Numbered from the stretch's first letter, positions 1 to 10,906 are shown. The stretch is 64,000 nucleotides of DNA from Nitrososphaerales archaeon (GCA_965197925.1 CBDAOC010000020.1:800001-864000), one strand, 5' to 3'. Notes: generated by a model from the letters alone, not told the origin. Made by a program: numbers and translations.

Positions 1-1
1 G

Positions 2-1210
2 ATAGTTTCCAGTTTGGTTTCCATCAACAGGCTGATGCAACGCTTTGGAAGAGCTGCAAGGCGTGACCAACACGGCTATGCATTTCTTGCTCTGGGAAAC
101 GATCCAATCAGTCAATACTACAAAAACCACCCAGAAGATTACCTTAATGATTTCGAATATGCTTACACGGATCCAACTAACCCTTTCGTGGAGGAATTTC
201 AATTATTAGCAATGACATGCGATAAACCCTTGAGCTTGGAGGAGGCCAATCAGCATAATGAAACTGTCAGGAAACTTGAGAACAGGCATCTGATACATAT
301 TTCAAATAAGAAGTTTGTTGCAGATCGCAGGGAAGCAATAAGGTTCCTTAATGAATTTAGCATTAGGGGAGTAGGGAAAAATATAGACATTATTTTAAAT
401 AATAAAAAAGTTGGTGAACGCAACTTACCCCTTGCACTGGAAGAGCTGCATGACGGAGCAGTGTATTTCCTTAGTGGTAGAAGATATATGGTCAACAAGT
501 TAACAATTGGCAAACATAAAGCAGAGATAATGAATCTCCCACAGCATTATCCATACTACACGAAAGCACTGACAGATGAATGGCCCAACATAGACAAGGT
601 TTATGAGACAAAAAGGGTCTTGGGCATAGAGGTTGTATACTGTTCACTTCATATAAGAAAGAGAGTTATGGGTTATGTGAATATTGAGTTGGGAGCAGAA
701 GTTGCCAAAGGAAAGAAGGTTCTTCTGGAAGAACCGTTTGAGTATAATTTTGACACAAAAGGTTTTGTTTTCAGAGCCCCCAGACCAGCGGATTTGATTG
801 GTTCAGCCAAAGATCCATTATATGTAGAGATGAGCAGCTATCACGCCGCAGAACATGTTGTTATTGAAGGAAGCAGCATGATAACTGGGGGTGCATCACA
901 GGATCTTGGGGGTATATCATTGGGTTCTTCTGGCCTGATATTCGTCTATGATTCAAGCGTTGGAGGAAATGGAGCAAGCAAGGTATTATTTGATAGATTA
1001 GAAAAGGCATTTGTTAGGGGTAAGCGTATTTTGAGTGAATGTCTCTGCAGTAACGAAAGTGGATGTCCAAGATGCACGTATTCATACAGATGCGGAAACA
1101 ACAATGAATACCTCCACAAGTACGCGTCATTGGAAGTATACAACAGGATACTGGAGAATGAACGGACAGATGTAGGAGAGCCTGAAGAAGGAGAAAGGTC
1201 GTTAGTATGA
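2..1210 (+). CDS. DEAD/DEAH-box helicase with C-terminal DUF1998 Zn domain (Hrq1/MrfA/SftH-like), 5'-partial
   Basis: Motif VI QRFGRAAR, HAAEH, FVYDSSVGGNG and CxC-x3-GCPRC; frame open to the window edge. Confidence 0.9.
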   Translation: MVSSLVSINRLMQRFGRAARRDQHGYAFLALGNDPISQYYKNHPEDYLNDFEYAYTDPTNPFVEEFQLLAMTCDKPLSLEEANQHNETVRKLENRHLIHISNKKFVADRREAIRFLNEFSIRGVGKNIDIILNNKKVGERNLPLALEELHDGAVYFLSGRRYMVNKLTIGKHKAEIMNLPQHYPYYTKALTDEWPNIDKVYETKRVLGIEVVYCSLHIRKRVMGYVNIELGAEVAKGKKVLLEEPFEYNFDTKGFVFRAPRPADLIGSAKDPLYVEMSSYHAAEHVVIEGSSMITGGASQDLGGISLGSSGLIFVYDSSVGGNGASKVLFDRLEKAFVRGKRILSECLCSNESGCPRCTYSYRCGNNNEYLHKYASLEVYNRILENERTDVGEPEEGERSLV

Positions 1211-1259
1211 TTACCCACTATCCTTCCCTTTAAATATAGTTATAGCACAATTAACCTTA

Positions 1260-2732
1260 ATGCAGAAGAGTAAGCATACACTACTCTGTGTTACTTTTAT
1301 TGCATTGGCTTTCCTCTTATTGGCCACAACGAACCTTTCGCTGAATTATGCCGATGCACAGAGCATAACGCTCTCAGTATCGGCGATGGACGCCGGCGGA
1401 AAATTTTTTGGATCCCAAATAGTGCAAGTAGTAGTTGATGCCCCAGCCCTGAGAGACACCGAGGCCAGCCCTGGTTCGTTAATAGTTAATGATGTGAATG
1501 TACCCTTGGTGCATTTGTCTGACAGTAGATGGTATGCATTCATTGCCGATGGAAACACATTCACAACTCTTGCCAATATAGCTGGTCTCCCGGGTAACAG
1601 CGATGGTGAATTTTGGATCATTGGTCCAAATGGAAAGAATCTGTTATTCCCATCTCTCCCTGTTGCATTTGGTCATAATCCCGCAACTGGTAGGATGAAC
1701 CCTAACCTTGACTTGAATGGTGATTGTCCAGCAACAATGAATGCTCAAGATCCTTGTGTTGAATGGCCTTACATAAGACTATTCAATTTATTTGAGAACG
1801 ATCAGGTTTTCATAAGGAATAGTGGTCAATCTGTCAAGTTAGACTATATTAAAACTTCAAGGAGCGATGTTATCCTAACCTTAGATAGAGATTCCTATCC
1901 CGTCAATGCCGAAATTATTTTTGGTATGTCTGACTATATGTGGAACATAAACCCGGTCGAAAGGGATCGTATTCACTTTGCATTCAACAATGGTAATACC
2001 GAGGTTTTCTACCAAGCATCAATATCGTTACCACCTGCAAGCATATCAGGTGCAATGCCCAATTTGGGATTTGATTTCTCACAGATACTCTCCATTGACC
2101 AAGGAGAAACCATCAGATTTGACAATACGATAAATGGTATACCAGAAACTGTCTTGATAGAAACTTATCCTAATTCTGGCAGTTTTGAAAATTTTGACGG
2201 TAGTGCTGATATGTTCGCCAAGGAGAGGGGTGTGCAGTTCAGGTTTGATTATTTTAATACATCCATTTCAGCTGGCATGAGTAGCAGCGATGCGAGCGTA
2301 AGTGTAAGTAAAGAGGAGCCAAAGACAGAAGTAAAAGAAACTCCAGTCGTGGAAGAATTGGAGGAAAAGGTAGAGCCTTCTTCTATAACCGCTCCATACT
2401 CAATAACCGAACTCAAACTTGTAGACATATTAGGAGGATCGCTTAGCAGTGTTAATGTTGAACATCCAGTCTCGGTTCAGAGTACTATCAACAACAATCT
2501 GGATAAAGACCAACCATTTGTTTACATTGTACAGGTGAAGGACGAGAATGAGTTTACTGTTATGCTTACATGGATTAAGGGTGATGTGTATGCGAAAAAG
2601 TCATTTGACCCTGGCATTTCATGGATGCCAGAAACCCATGGTGAATACACAATTGAAATTTTTGTATGGAAGAGCCTAGATGAACCAGGTATATTGCCTC
2701 TCACAAAGAGCATGCAGGTTTCTGTATCTTGA
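1260..2732 (+). CDS. Secreted/surface protein with a thaumarchaeal S-layer-like C-terminal Ig domain
   Basis: Signal peptide; C-terminal QPFVYIVQVKD...SWMP..GEYTIEIFVW; TTTAAATA about 30 nt upstream. Confidence 0.7.
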   Translation: MQKSKHTLLCVTFIALAFLLLATTNLSLNYADAQSITLSVSAMDAGGKFFGSQIVQVVVDAPALRDTEASPGSLIVNDVNVPLVHLSDSRWYAFIADGNTFTTLANIAGLPGNSDGEFWIIGPNGKNLLFPSLPVAFGHNPATGRMNPNLDLNGDCPATMNAQDPCVEWPYIRLFNLFENDQVFIRNSGQSVKLDYIKTSRSDVILTLDRDSYPVNAEIIFGMSDYMWNINPVERDRIHFAFNNGNTEVFYQASISLPPASISGAMPNLGFDFSQILSIDQGETIRFDNTINGIPETVLIETYPNSGSFENFDGSADMFAKERGVQFRFDYFNTSISAGMSSSDASVSVSKEEPKTEVKETPVVEELEEKVEPSSITAPYSITELKLVDILGGSLSSVNVEHPVSVQSTINNNLDKDQPFVYIVQVKDENEFTVMLTWIKGDVYAKKSFDPGISWMPETHGEYTIEIFVWKSLDEPGILPLTKSMQVSVS

Positions 2733-3089
2733 ATGTTGTGAAAGTTTTAGTTAACCTTTACCAACAAAGTCAATTTGGAAAGTCCTCTCTGGATAGATCA
2801 TAATAAACAATAAATTTGGAATTTCACTACCTTACTTCTTAACTATTATTCTCTATTAGTTCATGCACCTCCAGCGAATTTCAACTAACTCATCCAACGA
2901 TATATTATGGAGACAGGACAAATACGATCCTGTAAACCACCTTTACCGTTTAATTTCATATTAAAGACTAAAATTATAGCGTTCGGGAAATCTATAAATG
3001 GGAATTTAGATTGATTCTATCTGAAACAGTAAGGCTTAGTAATTGCTAATACATACCTTATTAACCTAGTAAACGTAACTATTTGTGAG

Positions 3090-3314
3090 ATGAAAACAAG
3101 AACCCATGAAGATCCTGGAATAAATCGCATGTATAAAACTATTCAGTCTTATCTAGATGGTAAGAACGACTGCGCTGAGGTGGTTAGTTATATGAGGGAG
3201 TCTGGTCTCAAATCAGAAATACTTGCTGGAATTATGAGGCAACTCTCCGATTTTGGTGATATTGATAGATATTCATTGTTGCGTCAAGAATGTAAGTTAT
3301 TTGGTTTGTACTGA
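3090..3314 (+). CDS. Hypothetical protein (74 aa)
   Basis: ATG-started ORF, plausible composition. Confidence 0.5.
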   Translation: MKTRTHEDPGINRMYKTIQSYLDGKNDCAEVVSYMRESGLKSEILAGIMRQLSDFGDIDRYSLLRQECKLFGLY

Positions 3315-3341
3315 TGTCTGCAAATCTGAATTGGGTGATAT

Positions 3342-3629
3342 GTGACGAGTAATATCGGGGAAAATATAAAACAAATGAATTCTATAAGTATGAAAATAAT
3401 AGAGATATCTAATCAGGCTACGCACTCCCCAACTGAGGATCTCAAACATCGCGTTTCCTTCCAGAAGCAGCAAAAGCAAGCCAAAAATGATCTAGTCAGT
3501 GAATTGATGACACTACTGAGTGAAAGTAGAAAAATGAAACTCAATGAGTCAGATAGCCCCTTGTTAGATGCATCTCTAACTAAATTAAATAAAAAACTTT
3601 ACGACGCTACTAGTCTAACTATATTTTGA
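3342..3629 (+). CDS. Hypothetical helical protein (95 aa)
   Basis: ORF; a decayed paralog at 4446-5545 supports coding status. Confidence 0.65.
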   Translation: MTSNIGENIKQMNSISMKIIEISNQATHSPTEDLKHRVSFQKQQKQAKNDLVSELMTLLSESRKMKLNESDSPLLDASLTKLNKKLYDATSLTIF

Positions 3630-3704
3630 TTATTATTCATATATTGTCAGGAAAACCAAATTATAATCATCGAATCTCCATATATGTAACTGGGTAATTT
3701 TACA

Positions 3705-3722
3705 GGCTCTGTAGAAACCATA
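3705..3722 (+). mobile_element. Solo IS terminal repeat related to the IS-E end
   Basis: GGCTCTGTAGAAACCATA matches the minus-strand end GGCTGTGTAGAAACCATA (37109-37126) at 17/18. Confidence 0.5.
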
Positions 3723-3844
3723 CTATAAAGACAGTTACTCTGCATATTGTAAGCAATTACCTAGGTACTGGTAACTTATCAGGGTCGCGGCTATCTTGAG
3801 ATAAGAGGTCGTCCGTCAAATAGTTAACAGTACCAATTACAATA

Positions 3845-4159
3845 ATGCAAATATATCACCTTACATGTAGAAGCTGCGGGTTTGAATCGGAACAACCCCT
3901 TGATATATCAGACCTTGACCAGATTCTTACCGATGTCAACTCAGATTTTGCGGAATACTATCTTTTCATATGTAAAACAGAGTCAAAGTTCGTACATGCT
4001 GATATTCATAGTAAGGATTTTGAGGGTAAATGTCCTTGCGATGGTAATGAACTTATAGAAATAGGAGCAGAACAAGAAATCTCCCTTATAAGGTGTCCTC
4101 GATGTAACCAAGATCCAGCTGCGGCAACGAGTCCACCACTGGAAGAGAGTGACAGGTAA
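3845..4159 (+). CDS. Cys-rich Zn-ribbon hypothetical protein
   Basis: CRSC, C..CPCD and CPRC motifs. Confidence 0.7.
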   Translation: MQIYHLTCRSCGFESEQPLDISDLDQILTDVNSDFAEYYLFICKTESKFVHADIHSKDFEGKCPCDGNELIEIGAEQEISLIRCPRCNQDPAAATSPPLEESDR

Positions 4160-4196
4160 ACATAACCTAATTTACTAATCAATAGCACCTAATGCT

Positions 4197-4406
4197 ATGG
4201 AGAGCAAGTCTTATAATTGCACTCAAAACGAACATAGTTCTTGTGATGGTTTGGTCAAGAAGATAATAAACATTTCAGACATAACCAAAATGTGTGCTTG
4301 TCAATGTCACAACAGTAGCTATCAACTTCTCAAAAAGATGTTCGCAGGAATAAATCAAAAAGATATTTGGTTCATGAGCTCCTGTTTTTGTTTTACAACC
4401 AGATAA
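4197..4406 (+). CDS. Small Cys/His-rich protein
   Basis: C-x4-H-x2-C ... CACQCH. Confidence 0.55.
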   Translation: MESKSYNCTQNEHSSCDGLVKKIINISDITKMCACQCHNSSYQLLKKMFAGINQKDIWFMSSCFCFTTR

Positions 4407-4445
4407 CCAAAAATTAGTTAGGAATTATAATCTGAGAGGTACATC

Positions 4446-5545
4446 TTAGCACGGCAGGCGGAATCCGTGAGTGAGAATCTAAACAACTCATCTCAAAACC
4501 CTACAATACATCAAAAATGATGCAAGATTAACAAATGCCAGGTAGTTTTCTGCCGTTCTTTCATACCTGATTCTTGTTCTGTGAAATCCATTCTTGAGCC
4601 ATGCAAGGAATCTCTCAACTACAAATCTTGTCTTGCTGTAATGTTTGTAATCATTATTTTGCAAGATGAACTTGGAATTTATTTTGTATGGGATGCAACA
4701 TGCAATATTTCTATCCCACAAATACATTCTGATGTATTTTGCATCATTTTGTCTGCATAAACTGATTCTATCTGTTGTATTGAATCATCATCAAGATAGT
4801 CTGAAATTGATCCTGTAACATCCATGCATTTTGTACTGTCATGTTCATTTGCTGGACTCAACAGTATGGATATTGGAAATCCGTTACCCTCTACTGCGGC
4901 ATGTATTTTTGTACCTGTTATTCTCTTGAATCCATTATATCCAGTTACATTGCCCCTTTTTTTATCAGGAATGGATGAAGAGTCAACTGATATTTTTTGT
5001 AGATTAATTTTGCCAGATTTATGTGCTGAGTGAATAGTACGTGATAGAATCTTTTTCCAGATTCCTTTTTGTTGCCATTTGTTTAACCTTCTGTTTGCAG
5101 TAGAATCATCACCATATCTTTTTGGCATATCGTCCCATCGGCATCCAGTAGTTAGAACATGGATTATTCCGTTAATGATTTTTCTATCATCATCCCTAGG
5201 CCTGCCAGTTTTTGCATGTGGTGGTATGTGTGATTCCATCATACTCCACTGTTTGTCTGATAATTCTTGGAATTTCATAAAATAATTTTAGATGTCGCTA
5301 TTCATAGATCTAAATGGTCGCTAAAAATTGTCTAAATGGTTAGTTTTGAGATGAGTTGAAAGTATCGTCTCTCCAGTCACAGGAGACATATACATGACAA
5401 AAATGGGTTTATCAGTGAGTTAATGACGATAATCTCAGATAGTAGAAAAATGAGCCTTAATCAGAACGATAAAACAAAATTAGATACGACTAGCACCCGA
5501 TAAAATGAAAAAATCTATTCACCAACTAGTCAGACGATAACCTAA
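4446..5545 (+). pseudogene. Paralog of 3342..3629 interrupted by IS-A
   Basis: Removing the IS and one AAA gives ...SENLKYRLS..KNGFISELMTIISDSRKMSLNQND..., matching TEDLKHRVS..KNDLVSELMTLLSESRKMKLNESD; one internal TAA. Confidence 0.75.
4484..5358 (-). mobile_element. IS5-family element IS-A copy 1 (transposase 4488-5278, frameshifted)
   Basis: 16-bp perfect TIR CAACTCATCTCAAAAC; 3-bp TSD AAA; DUF4096-type N-terminus (TGCRW) and VVERF..WLK motif; ADKGYD motif broken. Confidence 0.95.
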
Positions 5546-5562
5546 CTGCTGGAGTTTGTCAT

Positions 5563-5811
5563 TTACTTTCTTGTCTTGTCCAGATTACCTGAGAATTTAC
5601 TGCCTCTATTTTCTTTGCTACCAAAGGTTCTTCTTGGCGGTGGACTATCATTCTCATGTCCTGGATGTGATCTAATATGCGACCAATATTCTGTTCTTGT
5701 GACTGCCGTTTTACAAACAGGGCAGTTTCCTTGGCCACATTTATGATGTTCGATGAAGTTTGGATGAATCGTTACATTACATTTATCGCATTTGTTTGTG
5801 TTTTGTAACAT
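5563..5811 (-). CDS. Small double zinc-finger protein
   Basis: CDKC..HHKC and CPVC..HIRSH. Confidence 0.7.
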   Translation of the reverse strand: MLQNTNKCDKCNVTIHPNFIEHHKCGQGNCPVCKTAVTRTEYWSHIRSHPGHENDSPPPRRTFGSKENRGSKFSGNLDKTRK

Positions 5812-6099
5812 AATTTCTGTATTGTTGCCTATTATATATAATTAGAATGTTTTGTTATTCATGCCGACAAACTGTGTCTATTTCCGACTCTTTCTGGACT
5901 CTTTATGTATTGTTTAAACCGAGCTTTGCTTGTAAAATAATTAACGAGACATTAATAATAGCTGAATTTCAATGCTGTGTCGGATAATCAACAGAAGATT
6001 GTGAATATTTGATAGAATGAGATTATGATCAGTTATTATCATTGAGATTCATGCTTGATAGGAACTGGAAAGGGTATAATGAAGGACTGGTAAGGAGAG

Positions 6100-6367
6100 G
6101 ATTAACTCAGGAGATGCGGGGATCGTTCAAAGGATGAAGAATTTCTGGATTTGGAAATTAAGCGAGAGGACCCTTTACTGAAGCAAAAGGAAGAATTCAA
6201 GCATGTCATTGAGAGTGCTACTCTTGAGCAAATGCAAGAAATGTTAAAGACATTTGCAAGATCATGTTCAGAGAGTAGCAGTAAGTGAAGAAGCGGAACT
6301 ACTAATCATACAGGGATGGAAATTTGTTGGAATATTACCGAACGGCAAGGTTATTCTACAGAAATAA
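6100..6367 (+). pseudogene. C-terminal remnant of an archaeal (pNOB8-type) tyrosine integrase
   Basis: Three frames read LTQEMRGSFK / EEFLDLEIKREDPLLKQKE..QMQEML / VQRV..EEAELLIIQGWKFVGILPNGKVILQK*, a typical tail for these integrases; lies next to a tRNA. Confidence 0.65.
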
Positions 6368-6392
6368 ATACACCATGAGCTACACCCCTGTG

Positions 6393-6493
6393 GGGCCCGT
6401 AGCTCAGTCAGGTAGAGCACCGGAAGCATTGGTGAAACTTTTAACTTGACTGGAGACATCCGGTGGTCTCGGGATCAATGCCCGACGGGCCCG
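6393..6493 (+). tRNA. tRNA-Lys(UUU) with two introns (6424-6436 at 30/31; 6444-6457 at 37/38)
   Basis: Acceptor GGGCCCG/CGGGCCC, D stem GCTC/GAGC, anticodon stem CCGGA/TCCGG, loop CTTTTAA after splicing, T stem TCGGG/CCCGA, discriminator G. Confidence 0.88.
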
Positions 6494-6574
6494 CTACTAC
6501 TCTCCGTTCAATACCTCTACCCTGTTTAAGACAACTTTGCCATTAGGCAATGTTCCAATAATTGGTAGACAGAT

Positions 6575-7345
6575 GAACATCAGACAAAAGGTTCAAGACC
6601 ATATCATTTGAAAGTCAAGAATAGATGTATTGGCATCCTGTTTGTAAGAAAAGGATTGATAGATCCATTCATTATATCTTTTGATAGTTGCTTAGTGAAA
6701 AAGGGATTAGATAGCACGAATCAAGCATGATGAACAATATTATTCCAAACTCTGGAATAGATGCAGATGCAAGTTGGGCTACAGCAGAACCAAGGGATGG
6801 GTATTCGGATACAAGATGCATCTAGCATGTAGTACTGGTTCGTTGATAGTTCCATTATCAGCTGATTTCACAACAGCTAACATTACTGATAACAAGATGT
6901 ATGAAAGCATAACATCTTCATTGCCTACAGGAATGGTAAGGTATGTTGTAGGAGATGAAGGATATGATGATCACAAGTTATGTGATTTCAGCAGGTATAG
7001 AGGGCATCCAGTATTCCCATTGGAAAGGTACAAGCATACTACAGATAATAATAGACTGGCATTGCTGCAGTTCTATAACTCTGAATATGGGCAGCATGTA
7101 TATTCTCGGAAGAGCATAAGCGTTGAGCCATTGATAGAGCATATGAAGGATGTATTTACCATAGACCCACTACCTGTTAGAGGATTTGATAAGGTAAGGA
7201 GTATAGTGTTGTTATCAGTATTGTTGTATCAGGTAATGGTTTACTACAACTAGACAGGAGGCCTCTTAGGGCATTGAAGTATATGTTGGGAAGCTAATAG
7301 TAATAATTTCAAAATAATATTATAATTGAATTATGCCCAAGTCTC
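6575..7345 (+). mobile_element. IS-C partial copy (DDE transposase, IS4/IS5/IS982-like); 5' part diverged
   Basis: GYSRTKGWVFGYKMH and VVGDEGYD motifs; right TIR AATTATGCCCAAGTCTC. Confidence 0.9.
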
Positions 7346-7375
7346 AGATACTTAGTAAATAATGCGGCTTATTCA

Positions 7376-8047
7376 TTACTCATCTTGACCTTTTTTAGAT
7401 TTGTTATTTGTAAAACTGTTAGAATCCTTGTCATTTTTTATATCAACATCAGACAATGTGTCAGGCAATTCCGCTTCATCTTTATGAACTTCAGCAGTAT
7501 CAGACAATGTGTCACCTTTATGTGATGATGATTCTTTATCGTGTTTTTCATTCTTTGTTCGACTAGTTCTATTGAAAAAAAGTATAGCAAGAATGATTGC
7601 TATTATAATATAATTCACAGGTGGCTGAATTAACCTTGTAATATAACCTATTTTAGGAATCACATAGATTACTTCGCCAATATAATCATCCTTGGTTATT
7701 GGAAAATCTGTGCCGGGTATAGTGGTTGGATTTGCATCACCTTTGGTGGTCATGATTCTTTCATTACTCCCTTTGATGTCAACTATTCTATGAACTATTA
7801 CCCTATCGTGCACTTCTGGTCTGTTAAATACTATAATATCACCGCGTTTCACGTTTTCAAAAGTCGAACCGTTCTTTACTATAAGAACATCGTAAACGTT
7901 CAAAACTGGTTCCATACTACCACTAGATACAACGTAAAAAGGGTTCTGTGTTCCAAATATAACCTGTAAAACAAGCCATACAGTTATTACACCTACAACA
8001 ACAATAGCTACGTCCTTTATTGCATGTCTAATTTTAGGACTCGGCAT
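7376..8047 (-). CDS. Signal peptidase I (S26, archaeal Sec11/ER type)
   Basis: SSGSMEP, GDIIVF, IVHRI and TKGDAN; N- and C-terminal TM helices. Confidence 0.93.
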   Translation of the reverse strand: MPSPKIRHAIKDVAIVVVGVITVWLVLQVIFGTQNPFYVVSSGSMEPVLNVYDVLIVKNGSTFENVKRGDIIVFNRPEVHDRVIVHRIVDIKGSNERIMTTKGDANPTTIPGTDFPITKDDYIGEVIYVIPKIGYITRLIQPPVNYIIIAIILAILFFNRTSRTKNEKHDKESSSHKGDTLSDTAEVHKDEAELPDTLSDVDIKNDKDSNSFTNNKSKKGQDE

Positions 8048-8640
8048 GTATTTCCTTTGATTAAAGGTTATTTTATATTAGATAAACCTTGCGAGAAAAG
8101 GCAGCTCAGACTAATGCCTTAACATCACTAATCAGAATAACTCTGATTCTTCATAGCTGCCAGAAATACGGACATCGATTAATTATTTGAATCTTGGCGT
8201 TAAACTGCCATATCTTTTCTCTTCTATCTCTCTGTCCCCTTGAATTTTAGTTTATTTTTTAAAGTCCAGACCCTTGCTAGATCCCATGAATACTATCGTT
8301 GATTGTATATTCGTATTTTTGCTGGATTAACATGTTCATGGTAAAGCTAAATATCACCAAAAGCAAGTCAACCATAAAATCTTGGTTATTTACAGCTCTA
8401 ATATAGTAAAATAATCTGCCGTGGTGTACTCCATACTCCCCTTGGACAATCTTAATTTATGAGTTTTCCTTAAATTATGATTATTAGACCTATTGAACAC
8501 GGCAAATGGCGTACGCGTAATGGTTTATTCAATCAATTTACTTTAATAATAGTAAAAATTTTAGGTATTTAATTCCTTATTAAAAGAGGTGAATATAGAT
8601 CATTCTATTTGGGAGAAAAAAGGGTAAGAAGAAAGATGAA

Positions 8641-9870
8641 ATGGAGTACGAATCCAACGAAATTGCATTTTCCGAACTTGACCAATGGATCAAAAAGGAA
8701 TTAGATGTTGCTTTTGAAGAAATAATGCCTGAAGCAATTCAATTTATGGACAAGTTTCAAATCATAATCAATTCGATCAAAACTCTTGGCGAGCAACTGG
8801 ATGAAGAGCAGATCAAGGAAGATGAAGTTTCACAACAATATATCCCCGTCATTAATGATGCAAAAAATACAATTGTAACCGCGATCAAGAAGGAAACCTC
8901 TACTGACTTACAAGAAATTATTACCTTTGAAGATGTTCTTACTTTGAAAGAGAGGGCAAAAGGTCTTCTAAACAGGCTTGGTGAAACTGGTGGTTCACAT
9001 AGACGTACAATACATTCCTTCTTTGGCAAACACGCAAAAGTCCTAAAGGTGGAATTAGGATTATTGGATAAGGAAATGAAACGGTTTAATGTGTTGATAG
9101 ATGATTATACTGAAAAATCTACCTTGTTTAAAGATTCCAAAGAAAGCATGGCAAGGATTTCGGAATCCATAAGGATAGAGAATGAATCATTGAAAAAGCG
9201 GGGAGAGATTAGTGATGAGCTCGAGTGGCTCAGATCCCAGAATATGGAACTTACGAAAAAGGTTCAAGATAATGAAAATACAGAAGAATTCAAAATATTC
9301 ATGAAAAGTCAAGATGAATTGATAAATGTCAAAAATGCAGTAAATAATATACTATCTGAAGTCAACTCTTCTTTTTCACGTATATCCAGACCCCTGAGCA
9401 AATATACTTACGAGGTAGGCCTCGATAAGGAAAGTAAATCTTTGATGCAGTCAATTATGGAGAACCCGGTTAACCTGATGCACGATTCTAAAATAAATCA
9501 AGTAATTGAAGTGTTAAACAAGGTCAAAGATGGGATGAAAAAGGGGAAGATATCGACGAAAAATCCTGACAAGGATATTGAAAACCTAAATGAGTTATTA
9601 GATAATTTGCAACATTATGTAAAACAATTTGAAGAGTATGACAATAAGGTCAATGAATTACAAGACAAAACCGTAGGTGATAAGACCAAATTGGAACTTA
9701 TGGATAATGAATCGAAAAGAATTAGATATGAGATACAGCAGAAAGAGTCAAGTATGAATTATTGTGATAAGGAAATTGATAATGCTCGATCAACTATAAA
9801 TGACGAATTGAAGAAAATTTCTGAAAGAATTGAAAGAGCTGTAGGAAGTAGAATTAGGGTTGTGATATGA
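8641..9870 (+). CDS. Long coiled-coil hypothetical protein
   Basis: 409 aa, E/K-rich heptads, FSRISRPLSKY core; no Walker A. Confidence 0.8.
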   Translation: MEYESNEIAFSELDQWIKKELDVAFEEIMPEAIQFMDKFQIIINSIKTLGEQLDEEQIKEDEVSQQYIPVINDAKNTIVTAIKKETSTDLQEIITFEDVLTLKERAKGLLNRLGETGGSHRRTIHSFFGKHAKVLKVELGLLDKEMKRFNVLIDDYTEKSTLFKDSKESMARISESIRIENESLKKRGEISDELEWLRSQNMELTKKVQDNENTEEFKIFMKSQDELINVKNAVNNILSEVNSSFSRISRPLSKYTYEVGLDKESKSLMQSIMENPVNLMHDSKINQVIEVLNKVKDGMKKGKISTKNPDKDIENLNELLDNLQHYVKQFEEYDNKVNELQDKTVGDKTKLELMDNESKRIRYEIQQKESSMNYCDKEIDNARSTINDELKKISERIERAVGSRIRVVI

Positions 9871-10084
9871 GCATTGATAAGAAACCTTGGTTCACGAACT
9901 AAGTTCTGGTGCTCAATAGTTCGGGAGTTCTTGTAACTGATATATAGTAAGGTAGAAATATACTTGTCCGTTATCCCAAAAACTGGGGTTTTAGTAGTAT
10001 TTAGGATGGCATCTTTTTTCAAAGTGGAAATGTAAGAGGAAATGAATGCCAATAATAGACACGTAGTTTAGAGAAATATATTTT

Positions 10085-10400
10085 ATTAGATAGGAAAGAA
10101 TTTGAATTCAAAGATATTGGTAAAAGTAGAATTCCGGCCTTCTGTTGCCACGTGCACAAAACTGAAGCTAATATTTAAGGAATTATCGGGTGATCGTAAG
10201 GAAATTCTGTTTGTCAAGGTAGAAATTGATGCCTAATAAGGAGAGTAAACAAACAAGGTGTCATGAGTCCCTGTAACCAAGTTCTTTTGTGAAGGAAGAG
10301 GAGCAGGAGAATAGATTGGTTACGTATCAAAGGACCAAATTAAAAAAAGGGAGAACAATTGCTTCAAAGGCATCAACAACGCTTTAGATTTAGAATCTTT
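10085..10400 (+). pseudogene. Thioredoxin-like pseudogene
   Basis: Broken frames give CTKLKLIFKELS..ILFVKVEID / GVMS / KFFCEGR..GE*IGY. Confidence 0.55.
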
Positions 10401-10642
10401 CATGAATAGGTTTCCTTTTGCAGATTAATATTTGTGACCTTTCAGTCACCAAAAGAACCTAAAACCTATTTGGTTAAGCTTCTGAAAAGTAGTTATTGAA
10501 AATGTCCTACTTGTACAATTTACCATGATCTTTATAGAGGATAACTTGAAATCATCCAATGTAGATAATTTTTTATCTAATCGTAAAAAACCAAAATTCA
10601 TTTAGGTCTTTGATTCTTCACAGAACTTCAATTCTACAAGAA

Positions 10643-10906
10643 CTACTTCCTTCGGGCGTAATTTGCCTCATTCATAATTAGTTTTTTATACTCTTGTATA
10701 AAGTATCTACCCTTGTCAGTTATATTAAAAAAGTTGAAATAATCTTCGGTTACGAGATTCAATTCCGAAAGCATATTAAGATATTTTTTAGATAATCCTT
10801 CTTCCAAGTTAACCAATTTATTCATATTTATCTTATCGCCAATTCTATATTCTAAACCCTGCAGGAAGCGTAACCAAACTTCAAACATCCTATGCTTCCC
10901 TCTCAT
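10643..10906 (-). CDS. Winged-helix transcriptional regulator (archaeal HTH_45-like)
   Basis: KKYLNMLSELNLV..FNITDKGRYFIQEY. Confidence 0.7.
   Translation of the reverse strand: MRGKHRMFEVWLRFLQGLEYRIGDKINMNKLVNLEEGLSKKYLNMLSELNLVTEDYFNFFNITDKGRYFIQEYKKLIMNEANYARRK

Noticed and set aside
8100..8400. Possible universal-stress-protein remnant (IVFMGS..GL, minus strand)
   Set aside because: Too short and degenerate to support
8641..9870. SMC/Rad50/SbcC ATPase
   Set aside because: No Walker A/B, signature or hook motif; coiled coil only
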